Below, piece by piece: positions 8,338 through 17,976 of a stretch of DNA of 59,601 bases (its first letter is position 1; each line of letters opens with the position of its first letter). Origin of the DNA: a virus (Duplodnaviria; Heunggongvirae; Uroviricota; Caudoviricetes). Below the pieces are notes generated by a model. It ran no database searches. It saw only the letters and a program-made list of their open reading frames with translations, and was not told the origin of the DNA. The position numbers were made by a program, and so were the translations under genes. The stretch lies in IMG/VR virus record IMGVR_UViG_3300028577_000006, one strand, 5' to 3'.

Positions 8338-8657
8338 CAGACGTACGTTGGCTCGCCTGTGCCCCAGCGCCGCGCGAACTTGATGCCCGCGATTGCGCGC
8401 TCTCGGCCGAGATCGGTCACCACGTACAGCGGCATGCCGCCGGTGATTGCGTTGCCGAGGCTGGTGCGCTTGGCGAGCCCCTCTTCCACGAGCGCATCCC
8501 AGATCTCGACGTCGGATGCGCCCGCGACGTAGTGGTTCCGGAACGGCTTCGTCCAGCGGCGTCGCTTTCCACCGTCTTCCTGGATACCGAGCGCGTGGCG
8601 CATCATCTCGTACTTCACAATCGGCTCTCCTGTTCCTTCTTGTCCTTGGTCGCACAC
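8337..8657 (-). CDS. conserved phage hypothetical protein (RHALG..RNHY type)
   Basis: MRHALG...FRNHYVAG...LVEEGLA...YVVTDLG; exact start uncertain. Confidence 0.6.
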   Translation of the reverse strand: MCDQGQEGTGEPIVKYEMMRHALGIQEDGGKRRRWTKPFRNHYVAGASDVEIWDALVEEGLAKRTSLGNAITGGMPLYVVTDLGRERAIAGIKFARRWGTGEPTYV

Positions 8658-9118
8658 GCCGCGATCAGCTCTTCGGGATGCTCACGTGAACGCAGTGCCC
8701 GCGTGAGCACGTCTCGCAGCTCTTTGACTTGGTCCCATTCGAGAAGTTCGCCGATCTCCGCGTCCTGCTCGAAGCTGTTGATCTGCCGAGACCACGGCCA
8801 CAGCCCTCGCCGCCGACCGTCTGCGAGAATCTGGAAGTCGCCGTCGAAGGAAACGCTGCACTGTGTGCGGTAGATCGCCATCTCTTTCAGCGAGCGATCT
8901 GGAGGCCTATTCCACCGCCTCTTGCCGCACACGCCGCAGAACTTCACTGTCTCGTAGAAGTCGCCTACCGCGTGCGTGCCGCCCGGCATCACGTGTCCAC
9001 ATGGGCATCGCCATCGCATTGCCGCCTCGCGCGCCGTGTGCTCGGCGCCAGGCCCGTCAAGTTGCGTGAGCATGTACGCGCGGAACTCTTCGTCGACCCA
9101 CGACTCGGGGCTCTTCAT
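8615..9118 (-). CDS. hypothetical protein with CxC/CxxC Zn motif
   Basis: ATG 9118 lies 7 nt after a TACTGT -10 (leaderless). Confidence 0.55.
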   Translation of the reverse strand: MKSPESWVDEEFRAYMLTQLDGPGAEHTAREAAMRWRCPCGHVMPGGTHAVGDFYETVKFCGVCGKRRWNRPPDRSLKEMAIYRTQCSVSFDGDFQILADGRRRGLWPWSRQINSFEQDAEIGELLEWDQVKELRDVLTRALRSREHPEELIAACATKDKKEQESRL

Positions 9119-9119
9119 G

Positions 9120-9154
9120 TGTCTGACAGTACGAGAGGCGCGATCCGGAGGCAA
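9120..9154 (-). promoter_or_regulatory. sigma70-like promoter with overlapping TGTCNGACA
   Basis: Minus strand TTGCCT(9154-9149)-N17-TACTGT(9131-9126); palindrome 9120-9128. Confidence 0.6.
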
Positions 9155-9157
9155 GCG

Positions 9158-9712
9158 TCACTCGCCGCTGGCGGTGGTCTTGCTCGGGGCCACCAGCCTG
9201 AAGGTGGCGTGCACGTGGATCTTGCCGACGTACATGCGCGGACCACGGATTATGATCAGCCCAGGCACGCGGGCGGGCAACTGGATCGCGCCACCCACGC
9301 CCGACTGCAAGTTGATGGACACCGTGGGCGCGAGGCCGTTGCACAGATCGACGTACGGCGCCGGCTGGCTTGTTCGCACGTCCGTCTGCACATCGAGCCG
9401 CACGAGCAAGTCCTTGCTCTTGTCGTTGCTCACGAACTCGAACTGGTGACGCAGCTCTTCTCGTCCGGCGTGGTTGACCGCACGGCAGTGCTCTGTCCAG
9501 TCACTCGGCGCACCGCGCTCCGACTCGACCTTGCCGAACGTCATGTTCAGCGTGAAGCGGAAGGCCGGTACCGGTGGCGGCCGACCGAGCAGGCGAGCTT
9601 CGGCCGCGGCGTTCTGGTCGTAGATCGAGAGCAGCCAGTCCGGGCTCCTCGCAACCTCGTCGGCGGTTCGTTCCATCGAACGGCGCAGGGCAGAGATCTC
9701 TTCGTCGTCCAT
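9158..9712 (-). CDS. hypothetical protein
   Basis: 184-aa ORF divergent from the helicase. Confidence 0.5.
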   Translation of the reverse strand: MDDEEISALRRSMERTADEVARSPDWLLSIYDQNAAAEARLLGRPPPVPAFRFTLNMTFGKVESERGAPSDWTEHCRAVNHAGREELRHQFEFVSNDKSKDLLVRLDVQTDVRTSQPAPYVDLCNGLAPTVSINLQSGVGGAIQLPARVPGLIIIRGPRMYVGKIHVHATFRLVAPSKTTASGE

Positions 9713-9763
9713 CCGGTCGAGGCTACATGATGCAGACGCGACGCGCTAGACACGTGTCTGACA

Positions 9764-11110
9764 GTGGGCTACAAAACGCAGCGCATGGATCTGCGACCAT
9801 ACCAGGCGGCGGCTGTTACGGCGATTGCTGGTAGGATGCGGAAACACCGCCGCGTGCTCGCCGTTGCTCCGACCGGATCAGGCAAGAGCGTGATCGCAGC
9901 CGCCTTCGTAGCGTCTAGACCGCGCGCCCGTGTGCTGTGGGTGGCTCACCGCATCGAGCTGCTTCGCCAGGCGCTCTCCCAGTTGTCTGCTGCCGGAATC
10001 CATGGCGCTGGGATGCTTAGCGGAACGGAGCGGTTCGACGAGACGGCTCGCGTGGTGGTCGCAAGCATCGACATGCTCAGAGAGAATGCGACCGGGGCTC
10101 GCGACCTGGTCGTGATCGACGAGGCGCACCGGATCGAAGCCAAGAGCTACCAGGATCTGCTTCTCGCGCTTCCAGACGCGAAGACGCTGGGGCTCACCGC
10201 GACTCCTTGGCGGCTGGACGGTCGTGGCTTGGCCAACACGTTCGACAACATGCTCGTGATGGCCTCGATGGAAGAGCTGATGGTCGACGGGCACATCGCG
10301 CGCCCGCTGACGTACGGCATCACGCTCAACAAGGCGCGCGAGATGGTACGCGGCATCGAATCGCGAAAGGGCGACTATGCCGTTGGGGCGCTCGGCGAGG
10401 CGTTGATGAAAGCGCCTCTGCTTGCAGATGTCGTGTCGGAAACGCAACGTCTCGCGCCTGGTTTGCCGACGCTTGTTTTCGCCGTCTCCCGCACGCACGG
10501 TCACGCGTTGCACGACAGGTTTGTCCAGGATGGACGCCGATGCGCTTATGTAGATGGAGAGACACCGGCCGCAGAACGAACACGGGTGCTGGCCAGCCTG
10601 CGTAGTGGCGCTGTTGATGTGCTCGTAAACATCGACGTCCTTACGGAGGGCTTCGACTGTCCGCCTGTGAAGTGCGTCGCGATCGTGAGGCCAACGCGTA
10701 GCCTGACGCGTTTCCTACAGTACGTCGGCCGCGCATCGCGCCCGTACATGGGCAAGCGGCCGATCATCTTGGATCATGCTGGTAACTGCTATCGACACGG
10801 ATTGCCGGACGCCGTGCGAGAGTGGTCGCTAGACGATGCCCAGCCTTCCGACGCCACCGGCGTTGCCCCCGTCAGGCAATGCCATGCGTGCGGAGCGATG
10901 ATGCACGCAGGCGTTCTCATGTGCCCAGAGTGTGGAGCAGAGCAGCGGCAATCAGAACGCAGCATGGAAGAGGAACGCGGCAGACTTGAGCGCCTCCGCC
11001 TGGACGCCGATCACCGGTCGGCTCTGCTTGCGCGACTGAACGCTCTGGCACGGCGACGAGGCCTTAGCGATCGGTGGGTCGAGAAGACCATGCAGCGTTT
11101 GACGGCATAG
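9764..11110 (+). CDS. SF2 DEAH-box helicase, RadD/YejH-like, with C-terminal Zn ribbon
   Basis: LRPYQ, APTGSGKS, DEAH, GLTATP, VLTEGFD, QYVGRASR, CHAC..CPEC; start 9764 or 9785. Confidence 0.92.
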   Translation: MGYKTQRMDLRPYQAAAVTAIAGRMRKHRRVLAVAPTGSGKSVIAAAFVASRPRARVLWVAHRIELLRQALSQLSAAGIHGAGMLSGTERFDETARVVVASIDMLRENATGARDLVVIDEAHRIEAKSYQDLLLALPDAKTLGLTATPWRLDGRGLANTFDNMLVMASMEELMVDGHIARPLTYGITLNKAREMVRGIESRKGDYAVGALGEALMKAPLLADVVSETQRLAPGLPTLVFAVSRTHGHALHDRFVQDGRRCAYVDGETPAAERTRVLASLRSGAVDVLVNIDVLTEGFDCPPVKCVAIVRPTRSLTRFLQYVGRASRPYMGKRPIILDHAGNCYRHGLPDAVREWSLDDAQPSDATGVAPVRQCHACGAMMHAGVLMCPECGAEQRQSERSMEEERGRLERLRLDADHRSALLARLNALARRRGLSDRWVEKTMQRLTA

Positions 11111-11112
11111 TC

Positions 11113-11553
11113 ATGCACCCTGTCCATCCGCGCCAGGTACGTATCGAGAAGGCCTGCCTCGTATGCGCGAAGGTGATGCGTGTCATCCGCAGTCAGGCTG
11201 GCCGCAGCTATTGTTCGAAAGAGTGCGCAAAGCAAGCGTCGTCGTTACGCTACGCCGTGGGCGAGGTGCCGATGACCGTGGCAGAGATCGCAGAGATCGC
11301 TGGATGCGAACTGACGGCGATGCGGAAGCGTATATACGCAGCTCGTCTAACGCCTGGTAGCGAAGTGCCGGTGCGGTTGTTTGGCATGTCGAAAGCGAAC
11401 ATGGAGCGTGTGCAGCGGCAGCCTCGTGTGCAGCTCACGTGTGAGCGGTGTGCTGTTGCATTCGAGTGGAGGGCTAAGCAGGGAAGGCGCTTCTGTAGTC
11501 GTGCGTGCTATCTGGAGACGGTGACAGGGCGCGCCCACGTTCTCCCCTCGTAG
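11113..11553 (+). CDS. putative DNA-binding protein with Cys-rich Zn motifs and HTH-like segment
   Basis: CLVC...YCSKEC, TVAEIAEIAG, CERC...FCSRAC. Confidence 0.55.
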   Translation: MHPVHPRQVRIEKACLVCAKVMRVIRSQAGRSYCSKECAKQASSLRYAVGEVPMTVAEIAEIAGCELTAMRKRIYAARLTPGSEVPVRLFGMSKANMERVQRQPRVQLTCERCAVAFEWRAKQGRRFCSRACYLETVTGRAHVLPS

Positions 11554-11573
11554 AGCGTGTTATCCTTTGGGCC

Positions 11574-12566
11574 GTGGACATCCTGCCCAAGCAAGCGGCG
11601 CTGTCCCGGAAGACGGCGGCCGACGACGAGAACGAACGCGCGGCCCAGATCCGGGATGCCGTGCGCGCGTACCTGATCGACAAGCCCAAGCGTACGCGCG
11701 ACACGTACCTCGTCGGGCTCAAGCAGTTCTTCGTGCTCGTCGCAGGTAAGCGGCTCGACGAGATCACCATGACCGACGCGGCCTCTTTCAAGCGCTGGCT
11801 CGTGGAGCAGGGGTACGCCAAGAACACGATCTGCGTTCGCCTCGCCGCGGTAGACGGTCTGTTCACGTTCCTCACGCGCCAACTGCGAGACGACGGCACG
11901 CAGATGCTGGCTCGCAACCCGTTCGACGTCGTGACGCGCAAGGACGTGCTGCCGACGCCGTTCATCAACGCGGTGCCCGTGGAGAAGAGCGCGTTCCGTT
12001 CAATGCTCGATGCGCTGCCCGCGGACCGCGTTGGTGTCCGAGATCGCGCGGTGCTGATCTTCTTCGGTCACACCGGCCGTCGCCGGTCAGAAGTCGCGCG
12101 CCTGAAGCTTGGTGATCTGGACCTGAGCAAGAAGCCGTACACGTACAAGGTCGAGGTGAAGGGCGGTCGCGTGAAGCGCTTCGAGCTTCCTGACGAAGCG
12201 TACGTAGCGATGCGTGAGCACTGGGTCAGCGCTCGACGTCTCTCCCGCCTGACCGCAGACAGCGCGGTGTTCGGCGACGCAGGTCCGTCCGGCGACGAAG
12301 AGTCAGAACGCGCACTGCATCACCGTACGATGTGGGAGATCGTGAAGCGCGCGGCGCGGCGGGCTGGGCTCGACGAGACGAAGATCAAGCCGCACGGCCT
12401 GAGGCACATGTACGCGCGGATGCTCGACGAAGAAGGGGTCCGACTTCAGGACATCCAGGGCGCCCTCGGCCACGGCTCTTCTTCTACGACCGACGGCTAC
12501 CTCGGCCAGCTGCGCGCGCCGCCGTCCGTACAACAGACGGTCCGCCAGGCCCTCGAAAAGGCATAG
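11574..12566 (+). CDS. tyrosine recombinase (XerC/D/integrase family)
   Basis: N-terminal SAM-like domain; catalytic R (TGRRRSE), K, HGLRH, LGH, Y; likely GTG start 7 nt after TG-n-TATCCT(11561-11566). Confidence 0.93.
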   Translation: MDILPKQAALSRKTAADDENERAAQIRDAVRAYLIDKPKRTRDTYLVGLKQFFVLVAGKRLDEITMTDAASFKRWLVEQGYAKNTICVRLAAVDGLFTFLTRQLRDDGTQMLARNPFDVVTRKDVLPTPFINAVPVEKSAFRSMLDALPADRVGVRDRAVLIFFGHTGRRRSEVARLKLGDLDLSKKPYTYKVEVKGGRVKRFELPDEAYVAMREHWVSARRLSRLTADSAVFGDAGPSGDEESERALHHRTMWEIVKRAARRAGLDETKIKPHGLRHMYARMLDEEGVRLQDIQGALGHGSSSTTDGYLGQLRAPPSVQQTVRQALEKA

Positions 12567-12576
12567 GCGTAAGTAT

Positions 12577-12595
12577 CCGGAATCTCCGGGTTTTT
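12577..12595 (+). terminator. intrinsic terminator after the recombinase
   Basis: CCGGA-ATC-TCCGG hairpin followed by GTTTTT. Confidence 0.5.
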
Positions 12596-12630
12596 AGCCT
12601 GGCATACACGCCCCCTGAATGTATGTTTCA

Positions 12631-12671
12631 GGATTGTCCAGAGGACATTCATATTGTCCCGTGGACAATCC
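12631..12671. repeat. 41-bp imperfect palindrome, candidate recombination site
   Basis: GGATTGTCCAGAGGACA-TTCATAT-TGTCCCGTGGACAATCC: 17-bp arms (15/17 matched) around a 7-bp asymmetric core. Confidence 0.75.
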
Positions 12672-13036
12672 GGTTCGTTTCGGCTACGCCCGACGCATGC
12701 AGTTCCGCATTCAGCTCTCGTCCAACACCGTCTTTCTCATCTGCGCGATCGTGGTGCTGTTCTGCCTGTTCATGGTTCGCGAGACGACGCGCTCGCGCGA
12801 AGCGCCGCCGACGTCAGCACAGGACGCTGGGCAGTAGGATGCCGAAGATCATCGGGACGCGCGGCGATGCGTTTGGTGGCGGCACCGCGGTCGCTCGTCA
12901 CAGCGCGTTCATCTCCCTTCTTCGCGAGATCGCGCTCCTCTACTTCGTGATGTTCGCTTTCTCTGCGCCGTTCGTCTGCTGCTGCGTCATGGTGATGTGG
13001 GTGATGCATGCGCTGCGATGAAAGGCGGCGCGACTG

Positions 13037-13369
13037 ATGGCTGGCAAGCCACGCGTACTGCATCAAGAGCCGCCGACGGACGCAGAGACAAGGTCCGGCG
13101 ACGTGTTCGACTGCCCCGGCTGCGTCGCGACATGGGCGCTGCGCTACAAGCATCCGCGCGAGAAGCTCTGCCTCGCCTGTGGTCGAGAGCTTGGTCGAGA
13201 GCGCAAGCGTGCGCAGCGTGCACGTGCGCGTGGCGAAGACGCGCCGCCGCCGCCAGTGCCGCAGCACCGCGCGGAAGACGTTGCAGGCGAAGAGGTGGAT
13301 CGAGTGGTCGCGCAGGCGACGCGAAAGCGCGGCACCAAGAAGTCGCAGACGGGACTGATGCGGCGATGA
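13037..13369 (+). CDS. Zn-ribbon protein
   Basis: CPGC...CLAC followed by a basic tail. Confidence 0.5.
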   Translation: MAGKPRVLHQEPPTDAETRSGDVFDCPGCVATWALRYKHPREKLCLACGRELGRERKRAQRARARGEDAPPPPVPQHRAEDVAGEEVDRVVAQATRKRGTKKSQTGLMRR

Positions 13370-13752
13370 AGACGACAACGAGCGACGACGGTACGGTCAC
13401 GGCCACCTTCACGTTCATCGATCACTACATCTTCGAGCTGAAGCGCGTTCGCGATCTCGTTGATGAAGCGATCACGCGTCTCGAACACGTCGACAGAGAC
13501 ATCCGGTCAGACGGCAAGATCGAGGGGCGCGCGTACGTGCCGTTCAACGCAGCGCAGGCAGGCGGAGCGATGCAGGCGGCAATCACGATGCTGGTTGAGC
13601 TGAGCGTCGACTTCGCTGGCGTACGCGCCAGGTTCTCTCCTGTCGGTTCTTCCGACGGTGGGCGACATGTGTACGCAGAAGAGCTACGCCCGCGAATCGT
13701 GGAAGCAAAACAGCACGAGCGTGCACAGCCGCTTCAATGGGTGCGGCGATGA
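13366..13752 (+). CDS. hypothetical protein
   Basis: ATGA overlaps on both sides. Confidence 0.55.
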   Translation: MKTTTSDDGTVTATFTFIDHYIFELKRVRDLVDEAITRLEHVDRDIRSDGKIEGRAYVPFNAAQAGGAMQAAITMLVELSVDFAGVRARFSPVGSSDGGRHVYAEELRPRIVEAKQHERAQPLQWVRR

Positions 13753-14066
13753 ACGAGATCCCGAATAGATCATACGTCGAGGCGGTGCAGCACTCGATGC
13801 ACTGTTCAATCGATGGTGTCATCTGCTTGGTGCGTGATGTGTACCAGTACCGCGTGATCTCGCGACCATGCGCCGGTGGCTACCGCGCGATGATCTGGGA
13901 CCTGGACGGGCCGCCGAACGAACGGCGGCTCGTTTTCAAGTCCAGCGCGTTACTCGACTCATACGCCGAGGGCGTCTGGTACGGCACGGAGGTCGTGTGC
14001 GCGCACGTCGAGGGCTGGGGCCCGTCGGTCGAACAGGGCAGCACTGTGCCCGTGGAGTTGCCGTGA
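13749..14066 (+). CDS. hypothetical protein
   Basis: Operonic 4-bp overlaps. Confidence 0.55.
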   Translation: MNEIPNRSYVEAVQHSMHCSIDGVICLVRDVYQYRVISRPCAGGYRAMIWDLDGPPNERRLVFKSSALLDSYAEGVWYGTEVVCAHVEGWGPSVEQGSTVPVELP

Positions 14067-14347
14067 AGATTCGCCGCCAACGCGAGATCACGATCGGCTC
14101 GACGACCGTGCGCGTGGACGAACCATCCGCAGCACAGGTCCGGCGTGGCGTTGAGCAATCGACCAAGGCGCTTGATGCGCTCGTACGTGCGGTGGCCCGT
14201 CCTGGCGTGAAGCTTGGGCCCGAGCATGGCACGCGCGTACCGCTGTACCGCGCCGATCCAGAGCACGCTGGCGGCCTCATCCGGAAGTTGAACGGCGTCG
14301 AAGAGCGCGGCGTGATCAAGAACGGGAAGTTCAAGGTGCGCACGTGA
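14063..14347 (+). CDS. hypothetical protein
   Basis: GTGA overlaps. Confidence 0.5.
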   Translation: MKIRRQREITIGSTTVRVDEPSAAQVRRGVEQSTKALDALVRAVARPGVKLGPEHGTRVPLYRADPEHAGGLIRKLNGVEERGVIKNGKFKVRT

Positions 14348-14970
14348 CGCCGGCAGAACGCGACAATGACTTGCTCATCCTCCAGATGATGCGTCGCCGC
14401 GAGGTGATGCATGTCGTCTGCAACAACAAGCCTGTGCGCATCCCCGTGCTCGTCACGCTCGCCGCCAGGACGTGGCGCGACCAGAAGCTCGCCGGGCGCC
14501 TGCTCAAGAGGACTGTGCTTCAGATGGTGGACGAGGGCGCGCTGTTGGTGGGCGACGACTATCTCGTGCGCTTGGGTCCGATGCCCGCGACCGAGCAAGA
14601 GCGCGTGCTCCGCTTCGTTCGGGATGTCTGGGGCCACGACTCACTGCACGAGCAGATCGTGCACACGACCTCACGGATGCGGCGCGCCGAGTTCACCCCC
14701 CGTGCGGTCATCACGCGCATGCGCGGACGAAAGCCGCGCCCGACGGCTGGCGACGTCATGGGCGCGATGATGTGGCTGACGACGATGGCCAAGGCATACG
14801 AGATGACGTTCATCTTTCGTGGCGAGCAAGACCACGTCCTCGACATGCACACGGGCATCGCGGCACTCGCGCCCGGCTTCGTGTACACGGATCCGAGCGG
14901 CAAGATTTTCAGCGGCCACGATCTCGCCGAGCGGCTGTACCCCGTCTTCAAGAAGAAGAACGCGCCGTGA
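14344..14970 (+). CDS. hypothetical protein
   Basis: 208-aa ORF with GTGA overlaps. Confidence 0.6.
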   Translation: MTPAERDNDLLILQMMRRREVMHVVCNNKPVRIPVLVTLAARTWRDQKLAGRLLKRTVLQMVDEGALLVGDDYLVRLGPMPATEQERVLRFVRDVWGHDSLHEQIVHTTSRMRRAEFTPRAVITRMRGRKPRPTAGDVMGAMMWLTTMAKAYEMTFIFRGEQDHVLDMHTGIAALAPGFVYTDPSGKIFSGHDLAERLYPVFKKKNAP

Positions 14971-15152
14971 ACCGTGACCGTGACGATCGCCGCGCCGAGC
15001 ATGAACAACATGCCGCCTTCAGCAGCGTGATGATGCTGGTGCTTGCCGTTGCGTTCCTATGCTTGGACGCGCCCGGTTGGACGCTCTTCTGCGGCATCCT
15101 CGGCTTGGCGTGGCTCGCGTCCTCGGTCACCGAGCGCGGCGCGCGCGACTAG
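14967..15152 (+). CDS. small 2-TM membrane protein
   Basis: Two hydrophobic helices. Confidence 0.45.
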   Translation: MNRDRDDRRAEHEQHAAFSSVMMLVLAVAFLCLDAPGWTLFCGILGLAWLASSVTERGARD

Positions 15153-15399
15153 GCTCGATTTCCCGGAGCCTGCGGCGAGCATCGCGGAGTTCTTTTTGCA
15201 GCTCCGTGATTCTCTCCTTCAGCGATTCAGATGCTAGCGTCATCTTCGCAAGAGGCTTCCAGCCAATCGAACGCTCCGATCCGTCGATCTCGACAAGAAG
15301 TCCAACAAGACGCTGCTTGGCGGCGATGCGGAAGAAGCGCCCGCGTCCTTCGCCAGACTCCTCGACGATGTCGTCGATGCGAAAGCCACGCGCCGTCAT
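15127..15399 (-). CDS. hypothetical coiled-coil protein
   Basis: 90 aa, ATGA overlap. Confidence 0.5.
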   Translation of the reverse strand: MTARGFRIDDIVEESGEGRGRFFRIAAKQRLVGLLVEIDGSERSIGWKPLAKMTLASESLKERITELQKELRDARRRLREIEPSRARRAR

Positions 15400-15860
15400 C
15401 GGCCATCGCCCTCTCGGGCAACGAACTCGCCGTAGAGCACCAGTTCGACGTCGCGAGGCTCATCGCTCGCGTTGAGCAGAGAAACGGCGACGGTCGTGCC
15501 CCACTCCAGCCGTCGGGCGATCACGTTGCGCCACGGCGCCACCACGTTGCGATCCGACGGCGGCAGATACGGAAAGGCTCGCCCTTCTACGCCCTCGTCA
15601 GGCAGCCGGCCCATCATCATCATGTCGCTTCCAGAGTCGGTGAGCACCAGCAGACGGAAGTACGGCGCGCACTCCTCGCCGACGCAGATCCGGTAAGGCA
15701 TCACCGCCTGCCGCCCCAGCTGCTGGATTATCTGCACCCGCGCGCGAGCAGGAGTCGCGCGAGCAAAGAACGTCATGACCGGGACCCCGCCTTCGAAGAT
15801 GTGCGCTGTGCCGCGGAGAACAGCCATACGATACGGATCGGCCACCGCGCTCTTCGTCAT
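15396..15860 (-). CDS. hypothetical protein
   Basis: Likely start MTKSAV at about 15860. Confidence 0.45.
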   Translation of the reverse strand: MTKSAVADPYRMAVLRGTAHIFEGGVPVMTFFARATPARARVQIIQQLGRQAVMPYRICVGEECAPYFRLLVLTDSGSDMMMMGRLPDEGVEGRAFPYLPPSDRNVVAPWRNVIARRLEWGTTVAVSLLNASDEPRDVELVLYGEFVAREGDGR

Positions 15861-16211
15861 CGGCCACCGCGCTTCGAGTCGACGTAGACCATCACGCCGA
15901 TCAGCGAGACCGCGCCGAGGATCGTATAGAGCGCGATGTGCCACATGCTCATCATCGGCGTGCTTTGAGCAGGTCGTGCACAGCCAGGAAGAGCGGCGCG
16001 TGCGTTGGCACCCGGTTCTTGCCAGCCCAGTCGACAGAGTCGACTACCAGCTGCAACAGCGTTTCCAGTTCCTCGGCCGCCTGCGCACGAGCTTCTTCCT
16101 TCGCGAGCAGCGGCACCCTCGGTGATCGAGGAGAAGATGGGCTTGGACGGATCGTAGCGCGTGCTCATGCGGCCGATGGTACGCGGCGGCTCTTTGTCCG
16201 ACAAGTCACGC

Positions 16212-16250
16212 TGGACAAGATTCGGACGGCCGTGTAGCTTACGACACACC
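16212..16250 (+). promoter_or_regulatory. sigma70-like promoter plus GCTTRCGACACAC motif
   Basis: TGGACA(16212-16217)-N17-TAGCTT(16235-16240); motif 16237-16249. Confidence 0.55.
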
Positions 16251-16279
16251 AAGCCGGCGAACATGCCGGTGGCGAGGGC

Positions 16280-16579
16280 GTGATGGGCGGACCGACGGAG
16301 AAGAGGATTGCGACGTGGCGGGCGCACGCGAAGGCCGGCGCGCACTGCGTCGCGACGCTCGCCGACGTCGAAGGCATGCTCGCCGAGATCGATCGGCTCT
16401 CCGCGCTCGTGCCGAGCATGATGCTCATCGCGTGCGAAGCGGGTCTCGCAGCTGGGCTCCAACACGCCGCCGAAGTGACGAAGGTGGACATCGAGCTTGC
16501 TGGTGACGTACAGGAACGTCTGGTGAGCGCGGCTCTTGGCGCGATCGCGCCGGTCGAAGGCGTACAGGTGAAGACATGA
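16280..16579 (+). CDS. hypothetical protein
   Basis: GAGG RBS, ATGA overlap. Confidence 0.55.
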   Translation: MMGGPTEKRIATWRAHAKAGAHCVATLADVEGMLAEIDRLSALVPSMMLIACEAGLAAGLQHAAEVTKVDIELAGDVQERLVSAALGAIAPVEGVQVKT

Positions 16580-17976
16580 CGAAGGACTGGACCGTCGGCC
16601 CTGATGGGCGCTCGAACACGTCGCCGGAGTTCGTGAAGATCTGCGGGGTGATCGAAGGGATCATCCGCAACAGTGCGTTCGACTTGATGGGAGGTCGTGC
16701 GGGCACGACAGCTGGCGTCATCGCCGCGCAGTTGGCGCACGTGCATGGGTTCGCTCCGAGAGGGAAGCTGCCAGGCACGCTTGTGGAGGCGCTTCGCTTC
16801 GCCAAGTACGAGTTCGAGAAAGCTGGCGATCGGCAAAGCACCTCCGTGACGACGCTGGCGCTCGCCGAGTACGATGAAGTCGGCGGCACGACCGAACGCG
16901 TGCACGATGCGGCGACGGCACTGCTGGAGAGCGTGCGCGACCTTCTTCGTCGTCTCGAACCTGATGACGCAGAGTCGGAGCAAGGCATTGCGCTCGTGGA
17001 ACATGCCGCAGCGCTCAAGGCCGCGCTTGCCGGCGCTCCCGAGACGATGCAGCGACTGCATCAGCGCGCAGAACACGAAAAAGATCTCCGTCTCCAGGCC
17101 GAGGCCCGCGAGCGTACGGCGCTGAACAGCGCTCGTGGGGTTCGCGTCGCTGCTCTACACGAAGCGGCGAAGTTGCTGGAGGCGCCGGGCTACGACGACC
17201 GCTGCGCCGAGATGGCAGATCGCATCCGAGACTTGGCAGCGCAGGCGGAGACGCAGCGAGTGCCGAAGTGCAAGATCTGCCACGCAGAGCCCAACGGCGC
17301 GGGCAGGGTCGAACATGGCCGTGGCTGCCGCGCGCTGCGCCCAGGGGGCGGGGGAGTCGAGTACGTCGACATGCCGCATCGCAGCTTCTCTTCTTCCGTG
17401 CTCTCGGGCACGGCCACGAAGGCCGATCTGCGTCCCGCGAGCATCGCGATGGGCATGATGCACACGCATCACGCCCTCTGCGAGGCCTGGAACTCGATGG
17501 AGCCCTCGGAGCGTACGCAGACTGCGCGCGAGTTCGCCGAGATCTTGGCCGACAAGACGCCGAGCATCGAACAGCCATCGCTGCGTGCGTGGGGGGAGAG
17601 ATGCGCCCGCATCGGCCTCTCGTGCGGCACCTCTGCTGCGATCGCAAAGTCGATCGACTACGAACGCGATCTGCCGAGCGTCATGACGGCTGCCGGCGAT
17701 CTGCCGAGCGGCGACAGCGACGGCAAGCACATCGCCGCTCTCATCCTTCGCCAGGTCGCCGACGAGTACAACCACACGTACGTCACCGGCACGGCGGACT
17801 GGTTGCGTTTGCAAGCGGCGCGTTTGAGCGAACGCGTGGACGCGAGCGAAGAGACGCGCGACTACGACAAGCTGAACAGCGAGGAGTGGGCCGCGCTCGA
17901 AGACATCTTGCGTAACCCGCCGGTGATCCCATCGTGGTTCCGCGCAGCCGTCCGTGGACGGCGAGGTGCACAGTGA
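16576..17976 (+). CDS. multidomain hypothetical protein
   Basis: 466 aa; helical regions, CKIC..HGRGC Zn-like motif. Confidence 0.65.
   Translation: MTKDWTVGPDGRSNTSPEFVKICGVIEGIIRNSAFDLMGGRAGTTAGVIAAQLAHVHGFAPRGKLPGTLVEALRFAKYEFEKAGDRQSTSVTTLALAEYDEVGGTTERVHDAATALLESVRDLLRRLEPDDAESEQGIALVEHAAALKAALAGAPETMQRLHQRAEHEKDLRLQAEARERTALNSARGVRVAALHEAAKLLEAPGYDDRCAEMADRIRDLAAQAETQRVPKCKICHAEPNGAGRVEHGRGCRALRPGGGGVEYVDMPHRSFSSSVLSGTATKADLRPASIAMGMMHTHHALCEAWNSMEPSERTQTAREFAEILADKTPSIEQPSLRAWGERCARIGLSCGTSAAIAKSIDYERDLPSVMTAAGDLPSGDSDGKHIAALILRQVADEYNHTYVTGTADWLRLQAARLSERVDASEETRDYDKLNSEEWAALEDILRNPPVIPSWFRAAVRGRRGAQ

Noticed and set aside
12631-12671. Protelomerase (telRL) site
   Set aside because: The centre is a 7-bp asymmetric spacer rather than a perfect palindrome, and the adjacent protein is Xer/Int-like in size and motifs.
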